This document shows positions 38,622 to 51,900 of a stretch of DNA of 64,000 nt, piece after piece. A model generated the notes under the pieces. The model was not told where the DNA came from and did no database searches. It was given only the letters and a program-made list of their open reading frames with translations. How positions within the stretch are numbered: position 1 is the stretch's first letter; each line of letters starts with the position of its first letter. The stretch lies in the NCBI GenBank assembly GCA_030324005.1, contig JARDVH010000163.1, forward strand, positions 66,384,063-66,448,062. Direction: 5' to 3'. This DNA comes from Negaprion brevirostris. Its lineage: Eukaryota. Position numbers and translations under genes: made by a program.

Positions 38622-40681
38622 TCAATGTCTCCCTAGGATGTATATCGGACATAGAGCTGGCCAGCTGCCTACCACACCCTGTGGCCTGTAATGCCCTTGG
38701 TGATCATCCTCTGGAGGGCTGGACCTTGAGGACCGTGGCCAGCTTCCAGGTGTCAAGGGTGTATCCATGACACCCTCTTCATCCCGCTGCCCCCAAGATG
38801 TCTCAGTGTCAGAAACAGGGGAGTCAGAAGGTGTAGCCACAGTGACACTCTCATGGAAGGTCCCACCATGGGCTCGAGCTGTCCTTCCTCCCTTGGGGTT
38901 CCTGTGGGCCCCTGGGTCACTCCCTGGAATGGTGGTGAACTCCAGATGCTCCAGCACCTGGCCCTGCCAGTCCTGGAGGGCCACCTGCATGCTTGCCAAG
39001 GTGGCCAAACCCTCTGCGATGGCCCTCTGAGTCAGGGGCCACCTGTCAACGACAGCAGCAAGTGCTCCCAGAGACCAGGCCATGCTCTGCAGCTCCTCGG
39101 CCATGACCCTCTTTGAGAACATGATTGGGCCACGTACTCAAAGGCTGTTGCCATAGCCTGCTGTGTCTCAGCACTGTACCGCTAGGTCTCCTGTAAGGTT
39201 TGCATCCTATCAGCCATGACCTTCAGTGACCGGGCCACATTCTCAAAAGCTGTAGTCATAGCCCACTGTGTCTCAGCTCTGTCCTGCTGGGTCTCCTGCA
39301 AGCTCTTGAGCATCTCAGCATTGGGCCTCAGAGTCTCAAAAAAACAGTTGAGGCCCTCAGCTGTGGCCTGCTGTGTCTCGGCCGTGATCTTCTGTGATTC
39401 AGACATTACTTGGATCATGCCACTCTTGGTGGGGATTTCCTGCCCCAGGGTTTTCCACTGCGGACAGCACCTTTGTAGTGTTGGCCTGGGAACCATGNNN
39501 NNNNNNNNNNTAACTGGTCCACCTGAAAGCTTTGGGATACCTCCCTACAGCCTTGCAGTCGGTCCAATGTTGCTGTCAGCCCCTCATGCATTCTCTGGCT
39601 CTGTTGCTGTATCTCCAGCAGCTGAGGGAGAAGTGTTCACAGAGGTCCAGCATGTAACCTGGGGCTAGCTGAGTCCCTTGTCTCTAGCAGACTCCACTTG
39701 CCAAAGGCTTTGGACGTTCCTTCCTCCACCCGATGTACATCAGCAGATGTCTCAAACACATTAGAGAGTGACCCAAATGCCTTGCCATTAACTTGACCCA
39801 CTTATGTGAGAGTCTCTGGAATGGTGAGTTGTGAGGTGGAAGCTGATGCAAAACTGGTGCCGACCTCAGTATCCCTTCATCGGCTTCCTCTATGGAGTCT
39901 TCTGAACTGTCAGGGGCAAGATGGATGGGAGCAGCAGGGGGGGCCACGATGTCAGATGGCCAGGTGCCTTGGGGTGCCTTTCTGCAACACAGAACACAAG
40001 ATTAAGTGCAAGGGAGGGAGATGAACCTGGGCTGCACGCATCTTATTGAGCTATCTCCAACCAGTGAAAGATTGGTAGGTTCTATGCTCCAGCCCGACCA
40101 TGCTGTCACTAATGTTCCTCATCCCCTCCTCTCCTGCAAGCTCCAATGCCCACTTCTCAAAGGCAATAAGGTCTCGAATCTTGGGCACACCAGCCTCTGT
40201 CTTCACCCTCTCCCAGCAATTATGGGCATTCTTCTCCTGTGGGGACAGAAGAAGCCATGTAAAATCTGATGGAATGAGTTCTGCAAGGTTTCAGAAGATG
40301 GCCCTCAGAGGGCAAGGGTTGAGATACTCTTGGGGGAGGGGGGGAGGTGCTTGCGGGTCGGGGCTGGAAGCATGTAGGGCGCTGGAATCCGGGGGAACTG
40401 AGGTCATTTAAGGGGAAGATGCGAGATGAGGTTAAACACTGACCTTTGCTGACCGGATCAGGTCAGTTTTTTGCAGCACTGCTTCCTGGTTCTCCTGTTT
40501 AAGACCAGTGCCTTGGCACTAACACATGCCGCCACTGCCTCCCAGGCTGCGCTTCCATCCCTGCCCCTGGGACGGCATCATGCTGGGGAGAGAACAGAAT
40601 GTACTGCCTTGCCTCCATTAACTGCAGCAACCTAGCCAGATAAACATCTAAAAAACGGAGAGCTGCTTTCCTGGGAGCCAT
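38622..40681 (-). pseudogene. Harbinger Myb/SANT DNA-binding partner gene (spliced, degraded)
   Basis: MAPRKAALRFLDVYLARLL...QC.KK..DLIRSAK|gtcagt (~40443), then cacag|EKNAHNCWERVKTEAGVPKIRDLIAFEKWAL (~40238), then a helical C-terminal ORF. Confidence 0.75.
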
Positions 40682-42045
40682 TTCTTTCTGCAATGCCTGC
40701 CAGTCTGTACATCCTTGAGCGTTTTTATGGAGCTTTCTCTTGCTAGGGCAGATCAGCTGCAGTCAGTTTGGATGAATCCGTTAGACCCTTCCAGCGAGTT
40801 TAATGTAGTTTGCCTTGTTACATGGAGGGGAAGCCAAATCAACACTTGCAGGTGTGCTGATAGAGGAGGGGGGGTGGATTTGTTCCTCTGTGATGATCAG
40901 GAGCAGGGGAGAGAAAGGGTCATGTTATTCAGCCATCGAGACTGGGGGGAGTGATGAGGAGGTCTTATGCAAGAGAATCTGGAGGGAGGTGGGNNNNNNN
41001 NNNNNNNNNNNNNNNNNNNNNNNNNNNNNNNNNNNNNNNNNNNNNNNNNNNNNNNNNNNNNNNNNNNNNNNNNNNNNNNNNNNNNNNNNNNNNNNNNNNN
41101 NNNNNNNNNNNNNNNNNNNNNNNNNNNNNNNNNNNNNNNNNNNNNNNNNNNNNNNNNNNNNNNNNNNNNNNNNNNNNNNNNNNCGCATCAGTAATGTTGG
41201 TGGTGTAGAGTGGTTCCTGATATCCATGAGAGGCTGTATCAGGCCTGGGGCGGTTTCTGCCAGGAGAGCTGCTTTTTTTAATCTTTTTTCTGCACAAGCG
41301 CAGTTTGTGGTTCTGATTTGAGCTGCTGACTGGCTGGCGAATTGAGCCCCACCCATTGCCTCGAATGGCTAGAAATGGTCTACGTCACTTTTTCAAAGAC
41401 TGGGTGCATAAGATTCAGCATGAAAACTCATCTGAAAAACAGATGAGGACCTCTCCTGTTTTCACATTAGCTGGACGATCAGAAAAAAATCTTGTAAAAT
41501 TCTGCCCACTATTTCAATTTGCCACATTTTTGCCCACCTGCTTAACGTAACCAGAGTTTGCAGACTCTTGGTGTCCATCTCACAACTTGCTTTCCTACCG
41601 ATCTTTGTTTCATGAGCAAACTTAGCTACAGTACAGTCGATCCCAAGTCATGCATGAAGATCATAAATAGTTGAGGCCCAGCACTGACCTCTGCAGCATT
41701 TCACTAGTCACAGCTGCCAACCTTCAAAGACTCATTTATCCTGACTCTTTGATGTTTCTTGCACATTGGCCAATGGGTTACCTATGGTATATGTGTAGGG
41801 TTGTGGGGATAGGCTGGGAGAATGGGCCTAGGTAGAGTGCTCTTTTGAAGGGTCAGTGCAGATTCGATGGGTTGAATGGACTCTTCCTGCACTGTGGGGA
41901 ATCTATGATTCAATGGTTCAAAATATACTATATCTACTGCTTTGCTTTTGTCCACCCTGCCTGCTACATCTTCAAAGAACGCTAATAAACTTGCTGTCCA
42001 TTTACTCTCTGTGAAGCAGTTGGAGAGATTTACTATCTTTTAACT

Positions 42046-42118
42046 GCTTCTGTAGTGTAGTGGTGATCACGTTCACCTAGCATGCAAAAGGTCACCAATT
42101 CAAAACCGGGCACAAACT
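42046..42118 (+). pseudogene. tRNA-Val pseudogene
   Basis: gcttctgtagtgtagtggtgatcacgttcacctagcatgcaaaaggtcaccaattcaaaaccgggcacaaac aligns with vertebrate tRNA-Val(AAC/CAC); anticodon and B-box are mutated. Confidence 0.85.
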
Positions 42119-42124
42119 CGCACA

Positions 42125-42175
42125 GCTGCGATGGCTGAGTGGTTAAGAGTTCCTCCGCGCATCCTGCTCACAGTG
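42125..42175 (+). pseudogene. Internally deleted tRNA-Ser(CGA-type) pseudogene
   Basis: gctgcgatggctgagtggttaag...ccgcgca..tcctgctcacagtg matches the 5' end, variable arm and 3' end of tRNA-Ser; the anticodon arm and T-loop are missing. Confidence 0.75.
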
Positions 42176-42755
42176 GTTATGATTGTGAAGTGTTTACTTT
42201 CACTGTTTCAGGCAGCCACAGAGCTGAAAAAAACCTACTGATTTGCAATATTATCTGTTATGATGTATAAGTAATTACATTTTTATGATTTTACCTTCGC
42301 CCAAAGAGTGGTCTCTTCACCCAGAGTATGGTCAGTAAAAAAAGACACAATGCACTTTTTATTAGTGAAGAACTGTCTTTGTCTTCCTTCCTTCCTCCTC
42401 ATATGTGTTCAGTCCTTCTTGCACTTTTGGTCCCCTCGCTTTATCTCACTCTTTCTGCCTTTCTCTCTTCTGTACTTTGTTTAGCTCACTCTTTCTCTCC
42501 AACATACCACCCATAATGTTTGTCTGCTACTCGCTCTTTCAGTCTCTCTATCCTGTCACATGAAAAGGCCACACTGTTGGTGCAACCCAGCCACTAAGAG
42601 TTGATGTCTCTCCTGGCAAAAAGTATACAGATAGAGGAGCAAGAAAAGTCTTGCAGGTCACCAACTGTTAGACATTCTCTTGAAACTTAGCATGAAGAAT
42701 GAGACCTTTTCCAAGGCTGAATTCTATACATGAAATATTAGTGGCTCATACTCAC

Positions 42756-42839
42756 TAACACTTTCTGCTGTTCTGACTCAGAGGTCTTCTCGAGGATCTG
42801 CTGTTCCAGCTCACCGCATCGCTTCTTGTACTGAAGGAC
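42756..42839 (-). CDS. crocc2: CROCC2-like coding exon B
   Basis: ttttag|GTC...TTA|gtgagt, 84 bp, phase 0-0. Encodes VLQYKKRCGELEQQILEKTSESEQQKVL; LEKTSESE resembles fish CROCC2 as recalled. Confidence 0.92.
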
Positions 42840-43074
42840 CTAAAAGGGGCAACACATGAAATTCACCTCTAGTCACTTTTGGTGATGAGACTACACACTC
42901 AAACAGTGAATATTACAGTCAAATTATTTTACGGAGTAGAAAGATTATCGGTGCCTATGAAACTACTGCAGCAGGAGAAAGATTTTCACAATGAAAAAAG
43001 GGAGGGAATTCTAGAACAAGATCAGTATGTAAGGTGCAGTCCTTTCGGAATATGTGAGACTTGCTTCTCACATA

Positions 43075-44325
43075 ACTGAGTATTTGGAAAGCAGCGACAG
43101 GATCAGTCCAAGTCAGCATGGATCCACTAAAGGGAAATTATGCTTGATAAATTCTTGTGGAATTTTTTGAGGATGTGACCAGCAGAGTGGATAAGGGATG
43201 TTCTGGACTTTCAAAAAGCTTTTGACAAGTTCCCACACAAGACGTTAGTGTGTAAAATTAAAGCTCATGGTATTGGCGGTAATGTACTGATGTGGATAGA
43301 AAACTAGTTGGCAGACAGGAAGATGTGAGTGGGAATAAATGGGTCCTTTTCAGAGTGGCAGGAAGTGACCACCGCTGGCACCCCAGATATTCACAATATA
43401 CATTAATGATTTGGATGATTGAATATCTCCAAATTTGCAGATGACACTTAGCTGGGTGGTAGTGTGTGCTGTGAGAGGATGCTAAGAGGTTACAGGCTGA
43501 CTTGGACAGGCTGGCTGAGTGGGCAAATACTTGGCAAATGCAATATAATGTGGACGATCTACTTTGGTGGCAAAAATAGGAAGAAGGATAATTATCTAAA
43601 CGGTGATAGTTTAGGGAAAGGGAAGTGCAACGTGACCTGGGTATCATGGTGGAACAGTCAAAGAAGGTTGACATGCAGGTACAACAGGTGGTAAGGACAT
43701 GCTGGTCTTCATAGCAAGAGGGTTTGAGTATAGGAGTAAAGGTGTCTTGCTGCAGTTATACAGGGCCTTATTGAGCTTACACCTTGAATATTATGTGCAG
43801 TTTTAGTCTCCTAATCTGAGAAAGGATATTCTTGCTATTGAAGGAGTCCAGTGAATGTTCACTAGACTGATTCCTGGAATGGCAGAACTGACATGTGAAG
43901 AGAGACTGGATCAACTAGGCTTCTACTTACTGGAATTTAGAAGAATGAGAGGGGTCTCATAGAAATATATAAAATTCGAATGGGACTGGACAGGCTAGAT
44001 GCGGGAAGAATGTTTCCGATGTTGGGAGAGTGCAGAAATAGGGGTCACAGTCTAAAAATAAGAGGTAAGCCATTCAGATTGTGATGAGGAAGAACTTATT
44101 CCATCAGAAACCAGTGGAATTCAATACCACAGAAAGCTGTTGGAGCCAGTTCATTAGATATGTTCGAGGAGGACCTGAGCATTGCTCTTGTGGCAAATGG
44201 GACCAAGGGAATAGAGAGAAGGCAAGAGTGGGGTAGTGAAAGTGCATGATCAATCACGATCATACTGAATAGTGACGCAGGCTTGGAGGCCAAATTGCCT
44301 ACTCCTGCACCTATTTTCTATGTTT
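43075..44325 (+). mobile_element. CR1 LINE RT fragment with 3' tail
   Basis: SQHGF.KG.SCL.NL.EFFE, LDFQKAFDKVPH, SKFADDT and YRAL...LEY.VQF motifs, ending ctactcctgcacctattttctatgtttcta. Confidence 0.92.
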
Positions 44326-47300
44326 CTACATCTTGCAACCCGAACAGCCTGGCTGGACAGACACTACATCGCAAGGTATCATAGGAGTAACATCCAAATT
44401 TTGCACTCCTTCTGAGGAGTCTCAGTATGTTCCAGATGTTTTTGGGGTGTAAGATCAGCCAACCTTTTAAGTTAATGATCAGATCAGAGTGTGGAATGTT
44501 TCCAATACATGTTCCTAGTTGGTGAGATTTCTTGCTAGAAATGGCAAGTAGGTAAATCACCCTAGGTTTTCAGTCAACAATGAAATATTAATATCTTGTT
44601 TGACCTGGATTTGTCCCCTCAAAGTCAATCTCCCAAACTCCATCAGGAACAAGGAACATAAAAGATTCCATGGCATTGCATTGAAGAACAGCTGGGCCGT
44701 TCTCCCCAGTGTTCTAACCAATACTTAACCCTCAACCAACATCACAGATTATCTGAAGGAATAAAAGCAAAATACGGCAGATGCTGGAATCTGAAACAAA
44801 AACAGAAAATGTTGAAAAATCTCAGCAGGTGTGACAGCATCTGTGGAGAGAGAGTAGAGCTACTTTGCTCTATTTGCTCTCCTCAGATGCTGTCAGGCCT
44901 GCTGTGATTTTCCAGCATTTAGTTTTTATCACAGATTACCTGGTTGTTATCACCTTGCCTGTTCTATGGGATCTTGTTGTGTGCAAATTGGTATTTCCTG
45001 CATTGAACCAGGGACAGAACTTCAAAAAATACTTCATTGGTTGGGAAACACTATGGGACATCTGGAGTTGTGAAAAGAGCTTAAGAAATGCAAGACTTTC
45101 TTTACTTTTCCCAGTCCATTGTCCAATGGTCAAAGTTGAAATTTAAATTGGTTATGTATACATTTTTTGTGCGAAAATCTTCGATTACCAAACTTTCACT
45201 GATACACAGTTTGATTGCCAAGAAACATTAGATCAAATTTTCTATAAATTGATGATAAAAATAGTCAATTAGCCAATCCACGTGTTCAGGCCTCTTAAAC
45301 ATTCATTCATTCAGCTCGTACAAGTAACAGGAAAACTGAAACGCACTCAATTATTATTATGAGCGTGATTAGCCTTGTAACTGTGCTGCTGTGTCTGAAT
45401 GACATGTGCCTGGGGAATTGCCTGTGTTCAACATTTTGGCTATTCAGCGCTAGATAATCCGGAACATTCTTTGCTTGGATCAGTAGTTTGTGTGTTTTAA
45501 CTGTTATTCTTGGAGTACAAATTCTATGCAATGGGAAGTGGTTTGCCCTGTCAGTATTCTGTGTTTAGATCAGATCTTGCTTGGAGCAGGTCTGAGTTTA
45601 TCTAGAGTCATCTGTCCAAACACAGCTTGGATCCAAGCATTACATTAATTTGGCCAAATATTGCAGCAGACTTAACCCTTCAAAGGACTTCAGCATAAGT
45701 ATTCTGAAACTCTCCTACTCTGGCAGAGGATTAGATCTGGCCTTCTTACTGCTGAGATGTGATTCAATCCAGCTTTCACTAATGGTCTTGAGAATCTGCT
45801 GCCTGTAAACATCCTAGGCAATCTAGGTTTCAGACACTTTTGAGTGTGTACGGTTCTAAAGCAGAAATATGCCTCTGATTAAATACTAGTCACCAATAAT
45901 TACCACAGTAAGAAAGGTTGATGTAGGAAGTACCTGAAACAGTAACTGTCAGAACTACTGAATCAAAGGGAGGTTTGGGACTTTTGATCCTGAGCAGGGT
46001 AAAGGCTGTCTGCCACCAACACAATCACAAAACCAGCCCAAGTGCTTTACACAGAATCCTGTTCTGTCTTGGTCAACTCACATAGATCAGTGTCCTATAA
46101 TCAATAAGCATCAAGTTCATGGGACCAACAAGACTGGGGCTATGCTTGACCATGATGCAAATACACCACTCTTGCCACCAGGTGAGCTGACCTCACTGAA
46201 TTATGCAAAGTGAACCGAAGTATGTGCAGGGTATCAGGTCAGGAGTATTATTGGCGGGGAGGAGTAACATTCAGCTAGGCAGCAACTCTTAAACTCTTCA
46301 ACAGGCAGCTGGACTGTTAAAGGGGAGACCATTTTGATAGCCTTGAGAGCTGTTGCTGCAGAAAGAGTGGACTGCAATTAGAATTGCGTGGGTAGAATCT
46401 GTCCCATTTAATCTCAATGCCTTTGGCGTCTTGCTGTTAAGGTAAGATGCAAAAAAGAGAGGCTCTAAATGGGCAGAAGAACATTTTCCTCTGCAAACTG
46501 GAGATGCATGCAGCTGGAATGAGGTGGCCCTATTGAGTCTCTGAAGACAATTTACCAGGGAGCAAATTAGGACAAAGTATATTGATGTCCAGAGATGTGC
46601 TAAGAAATGACGTCTAAAAGATGTCAATTCAGTTTTATCAGACGAAATACGAGGGATGTTCGTAGAGCCACAATGCGTGGGACTGCTTTGGCAAAAAAAG
46701 TTACACATTGCAGGATGCATCCATTGTAGGAATTAGTTCTCAAAAACTGAGTGACTTGTCAATTTCACATCCTTAGTCATCAGCTTCTTCTAATTCACCA
46801 TTCTTCACATTCAAGTCTTGTCTTCTTCATGCTGCAGAGTTCCTACTCTCCCAATGGCAAAATTGTGTGGGATGGGGTAAATGGCCAGGTGTACTGTTCC
46901 TTATTTGATTGAAATCCTATCCAAATAGAGGAGGCATCTCCAGAAATGGTTTTTCTTTGTATCTCCACACCATCAGTGCCAGAGTCACCCAAAGGTCTAT
47001 CCTTAGCCTCTTCCTGATCTGTATCTTAACCGTTAGTGAAATCAGCTGCCCATACAAAGTTAACTTTTACACATACTTTAATGATACCCAGTTCTAACCC
47101 AACCACTTCTCTCCATCCTCATATTGCCTCTGCGCTGTGAGCCTGCATGTCCAAACTCCAACCTTGAACAAGTTCGCTTACTTCCAAGCCAAAACCATCA
47201 CCTTTAGCTTCCAATGTAAAGTGCTCATTTGCTGCTAATGCCATTTCCTCTCTGGCCACTGTCCCCAGTTGTTTATAGGCTTGAGGTTCTGTTCAACAAG

Positions 47301-48389
47301 GAGCTAAGCTTCAGAAGCTTTACTGGCTCTCATTTCCATCACTGTAACAATTATCATCTTTGCTTCCATCTAGCACACCAGCCCATTACCCCTCTATTTT
47401 GAGTTCTGCACTGGTTCCCAATCCCGTAATACCTTAAATTGAAAATCCTTATCTTTGTCTTTGAATCCCTCCATAGCCTCCATAAATCCTGTCTCCACAA
47501 CTTTTTCCAGCTCTATATCCCTTCTGCGCATTACTTCACTGATCCCTTTTCCCTTCATCAAAAAGTTTCTGGCAGAGATACCCCAATAGTGTACCCTTTA
47601 AATGTAACTCTAACATTCCCTGATATTTTATCCTATTAATGAATTTTTATAATATTTTCCTGTAATGTTTTCTGTAAACGTACTTCTTTAATATGTCCCT
47701 GTAGTGTATTCTGTAAATGTAGCTCTACAATATTTCCTACAGCAAGCCTTTTCGAAAGTTTGGGCCAAACCTAGTTCATAAGACTCGGAGCTCGTAACCA
47801 CATTGACTCTTGTTTTCCCACAATTCCCTATTCAGTACAGATTTATTTTGTTAAGCAGTGAGGAGGTTATTCCCACAGAGCCTCAACCTGGATCTCGCTC
47901 ATGGAAACAGCACAAGAACTCATTGTTCGGGAGCTAACTGTAATCCCTGTAGAGTTGTGCCACAGCATCAGCTGGTGATTTAATGAAGGTTACATTTGGA
48001 TTAGACTGGATTAAACTCAATGAAACCCGGATCAACCCAATTCCTTTTGCAAATTTAAACATAGCCATTGTTCATTGAACAATGGGATTGTATGAAATGT
48101 TTTAGCTCTTCTAAGCTTTTAAACGATTTTAGCTAGGCCCCACAATGGTTTGTCAAGTTGAGTAACGGGACAAAAAGCAGCCCCTTGTCGTATCCAGGGA
48201 CATGTCTTTGCCAATGGGAGTCCAACTGCTGGCACACATACCTGGCAGCTTCATTTTATAGTAATGAATACTTGGAACAATTTAAACTTTGGATCTGAAT
48301 GAAACATTTGATTTCTGGATGGTTCCCATCAGAATACTGTAAAAACTGATTTGAGGACTTGGGTAAATCGTCTTTGGAGAAATGTGGTA

Positions 48390-48800
48390 GGAGGCCCTCA
48401 AGAAAGACTGGCCATGATTGTTCCCTTTGGAGAAGTGAATGTTAAGGGGGGACTTGATTGAGGTGTTTAAAATTACTAAGGATTTTGAATGGGTAAATGA
48501 GAAGAAATTGTTTCCACTGACAGGAAGTTCAGGAGCCAGAGGACATTGATTTAAGATAATTGGAATAAGAACCAGAGGGAAGCTGAGAGAATATCGTTAC
48601 ACAGCGAGTTTTTATAATCAGGAATGCACTGCTTGAAAGGATGACACAAGCAGAATTGATAATCCCTTCTGAAAGGAAGTTGCATATACATTTGAAAAGA
48701 GATATTTTTCAGCAATGTAAGAAAATGTGGGAAATGAGTCTAATTGGATAGTCCTTTCTAGTACATGATAAACTGAATGACCTCCTTTTGTGCTGTATTA
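48390..48800 (+). mobile_element. CR1 LINE 3' fragment
   Basis: LRGDLIEVFKI.KDF (ttaagggggga cttgattgaggtgtttaaaatt) followed by KLFPL...TRGH remnants. Confidence 0.75.
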
Positions 48801-48980
48801 CTGTGAGACCATTAACTCTATGGCCCTCCATTAGACAACTTGTATGTCAATACTCAAGTCCAAGCACTACCACCATAGAATCGTAGAATCTCACAAACAA
48901 GATGCCTTCTTGTTCTTTTTGCTGCCAAGTCTTCTCATTACAAACAGCTCAAATGTTTGATGGTTAAAGAGAAGGGGGTT

Positions 48981-51900
48981 GGAGTAGAATTTTCCAATCA
49001 TGCTAGTAGAAGGTGTACGTGGCGGGGGCGTGGGATTTTATGTGAGTGCAAAATTTAAACTTGCACATTGTGAAAACAGGGTGGCGATTGCCCACTCCAG
49101 ACTTCAATGTTGGCATGCATTTCCCAATGCGGCATGTCAGGAACAGTAAATGAATATATTTGAACATCATGAATGTTCAAATGCTCATTATGAAGTTGCT
49201 CACCAGAATCACACCACTGTGCTGGATCAAAAGGCCATGCCAGCATCTAATTAGATTGGCATCATTCACGATTGGATAGAAGGGACAGGCACCTGGCAAA
49301 TTGCACTTTCTTGTGACTTCATGGTGTAGTCACCTCCCTCATGTTGCCCATTGCTCACAGCTCCCCCGAATCTGTGCCTGGCTCTGCAGGCAATAATGCA
49401 ATGATTTCAGGGTGGTTTCAGAACTAAGGTTCTACATTCCAGATCAATGGTAAGGCATGGGGTGAAATTACATGAACTGGAGGGTGTCATAATAATGAAG
49501 GAAAAATATCAACTTATGTCTGGAAATATTGAACTTTAAATAAGACTTGTGAGTTTAAAAAAATTGATATACAAACCAAAGATGGGTGAGGATGTTACAT
49601 CAGTCACAGACTGAATTGCTGGGGAAGATGCAGGGGAGCGAGGAGTGACATTCTGAGAGACAATGGAATCACCTTGTTTCCAGACAAAGATATATCTAAA
49701 GCATCCAGAAGCTTGTTGCCATCTCTGGTGGAGGCAATGGGACATAATGGCAGAAGGATATAATGTCATTAAGAAATATTTGTGAATAATATCCAAATGA
49801 ACTTTTGGATTTGGCCTTCCAGGAACATATATAAACCAAGAAAAAAGCTAACTGAAAAGCTCCCCGAAGTGTTTCTGTATATTTGTGTAAGAACTAGTAC
49901 TGGGATGTTGGAACATGTGTGACAGAGAAGCAAAATGCCAGCTAGTAACTATGGTCCCCCGCAAAAGTGATTTTCAGCTATACCTCCATCTCTTTCTCTG
50001 ATTGCTGAAGTCAGTAAGTCAGTAAAGAGCACAGCTGATATGGAAGCAGGGAAGCTTTTCCACCAAACTACAGAAATCTTCAAATCCAACCATTTGTCTA
50101 CTGAAGGTTGTCTTACTGGAAATTCAGATCATAACTGCCACACTGCTCAATAACCTACACCTCGAGTCAAGGAATGTTTTGTACATTTTTTNNNNNNNNN
50201 NNNNNNNNNNNNNNNNNNNNNNNNNNNNNNNNNNNNNNNNNNNNNNNNNNNNNNNNNNNNNNNNNNNNNNNNNNNNNNNNNNNNNNNNNNNNNNNNNNNN
50301 NNNNNNNNNNNNNNNNNNNNNNNNNNNNNNNNNNNNNNNNNNNNNNNNNNNNNNNNNNNNNNNNNNNNNNNNNNNNNNNNNNNNNNNNNNNNNNNNNNNN
50401 NNNNNNNNNNNNNNNNNNNNNNNNNNNNNNNNNNNNNNNNNNNNNNNNNNNNNNNNNNNNNNNNNNNNNNNNNNNNNNNNNNNNNNNNNNNNNNNNNNNN
50501 NNNATCGATACCTCCACATATTCAGGGATCTGGTGGGACATATCTGTCACATTCTCCAAGTGTTGATGCTTGGGGAGTGGAAGGGCATCTATTGTCAATG
50601 GCTACCAAAGTTACCACAGTTCTAACCACTACACAAGTGGCTCCTTATTGGGCTCCACTGGGGACCTCTGTGGCATCACTCAACCTTCCACTCACAAGAC
50701 GCAAATCCTAGTGCTTGAGCTGCGTGGCTAGCTTGATCTCTAATGACTGCATGTAATTCTGTGCCTTGGCAAAGAGAACATCTGTCAATGGATGCTCTCT
50801 TTGCCAAGGCACAGAATTACATGCAGTCACTCGAGATCAAGCTAGCCACGCAGCTCAAGCACTAGGCTTTGCTTCTGTTTCAGGTTTCCCCACAGATGGA
50901 GGGTGACATTGACTGTACTCATGTGGCTATATGAGCTCATGGCAAAAGCCAGGAAAGGATTCCATTTGCTCAATATGCAACTGGTCTGCAATGACATCAT
51001 GCAGGTATTTGCGAGATGCCCAGATAATTGTCATAATCCTACCTCTTGAGCAAATAACAGATTTCTAACATCTTCAAGGGCCAACACCACATCCAGGAGT
51101 TAGCTCTTTGATAACAAAGGCCATCCACAAAGGGCCTGTCTGATGGCCAAATACTCCAGAAAGGGGAAAGTACAGCAAGGCTCAGTCTGCACACAGACAT
51201 TGGTAGAGCAAACCATTTGGGATCTTGAAAATGTGATTCTGATACATTATCCAGAGGTTTTCATGGATTAATGTGCTTGCTGCACCCAGCACAACCTGGC
51301 TTTATGAAGTAGGAATAGCTTCCCAGACGACGAGAAGTAGGAGCTGCACATCTCCAAGGATGAGGACATCAAGAGGGCAAGGAAGTTGAGACTGCAGGAG
51401 AAGAAGTCATAGCATGGGCCAGATGAGGCGTAAGTGTTAAAAGCCACCAGATTCCAGGGGGATTATGACCAAATACAGTGATTGTGTTTGAGTCACTGGC
51501 CTCTATGTCTCGATGGATTGAAAGGAAAGAATACCTGTCTCCATGCACATCTGGATCTCTCCTTCAACACTATCCTTTCCACAATGTAGATGAGTTGTGG
51601 GACTGCATGACCTCAATCTTACAAAGCCAGGAATGATCATCACTTGTGTCTGTAAGGCATGTCTAAGAGATGTCTTGCACAAGCATACTTTACATTGTGG
51701 GTGTCATCTTTGCAGATGTGTGAAAGAAACTGAACCAACACTCTGAATTGGCTGCATACAACATCAACATGAGTCACATGATGTGGCACACCTATGTTAA
51801 GTGGGAGGAGGAGGGCATGGTGCAAGTCCTGGTTAACCAGCATATTGCTCAGCAAGCAGAAGGGGCAGACACACGAGGAAATGTGCAATTCGATTGGAAA

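Larger units (their letters stand above)
36874..41507. mobile_element. Degraded PIF/Harbinger DNA transposon 1; left end lies in the assembly gap
   Basis: Plus-strand HARBI1-like transposase and convergent minus-strand Myb/SANT gene. Right TIR-like end aaaattctgccc at 41496-41507. Confidence 0.85.

Noticed and set aside
42046-42118. Functional tRNA-Val gene
   Set aside because: Stems, anticodon and the B-box (GGTTCGAA changed to aattcaaa) are mutated, and there is no downstream poly-T terminator.
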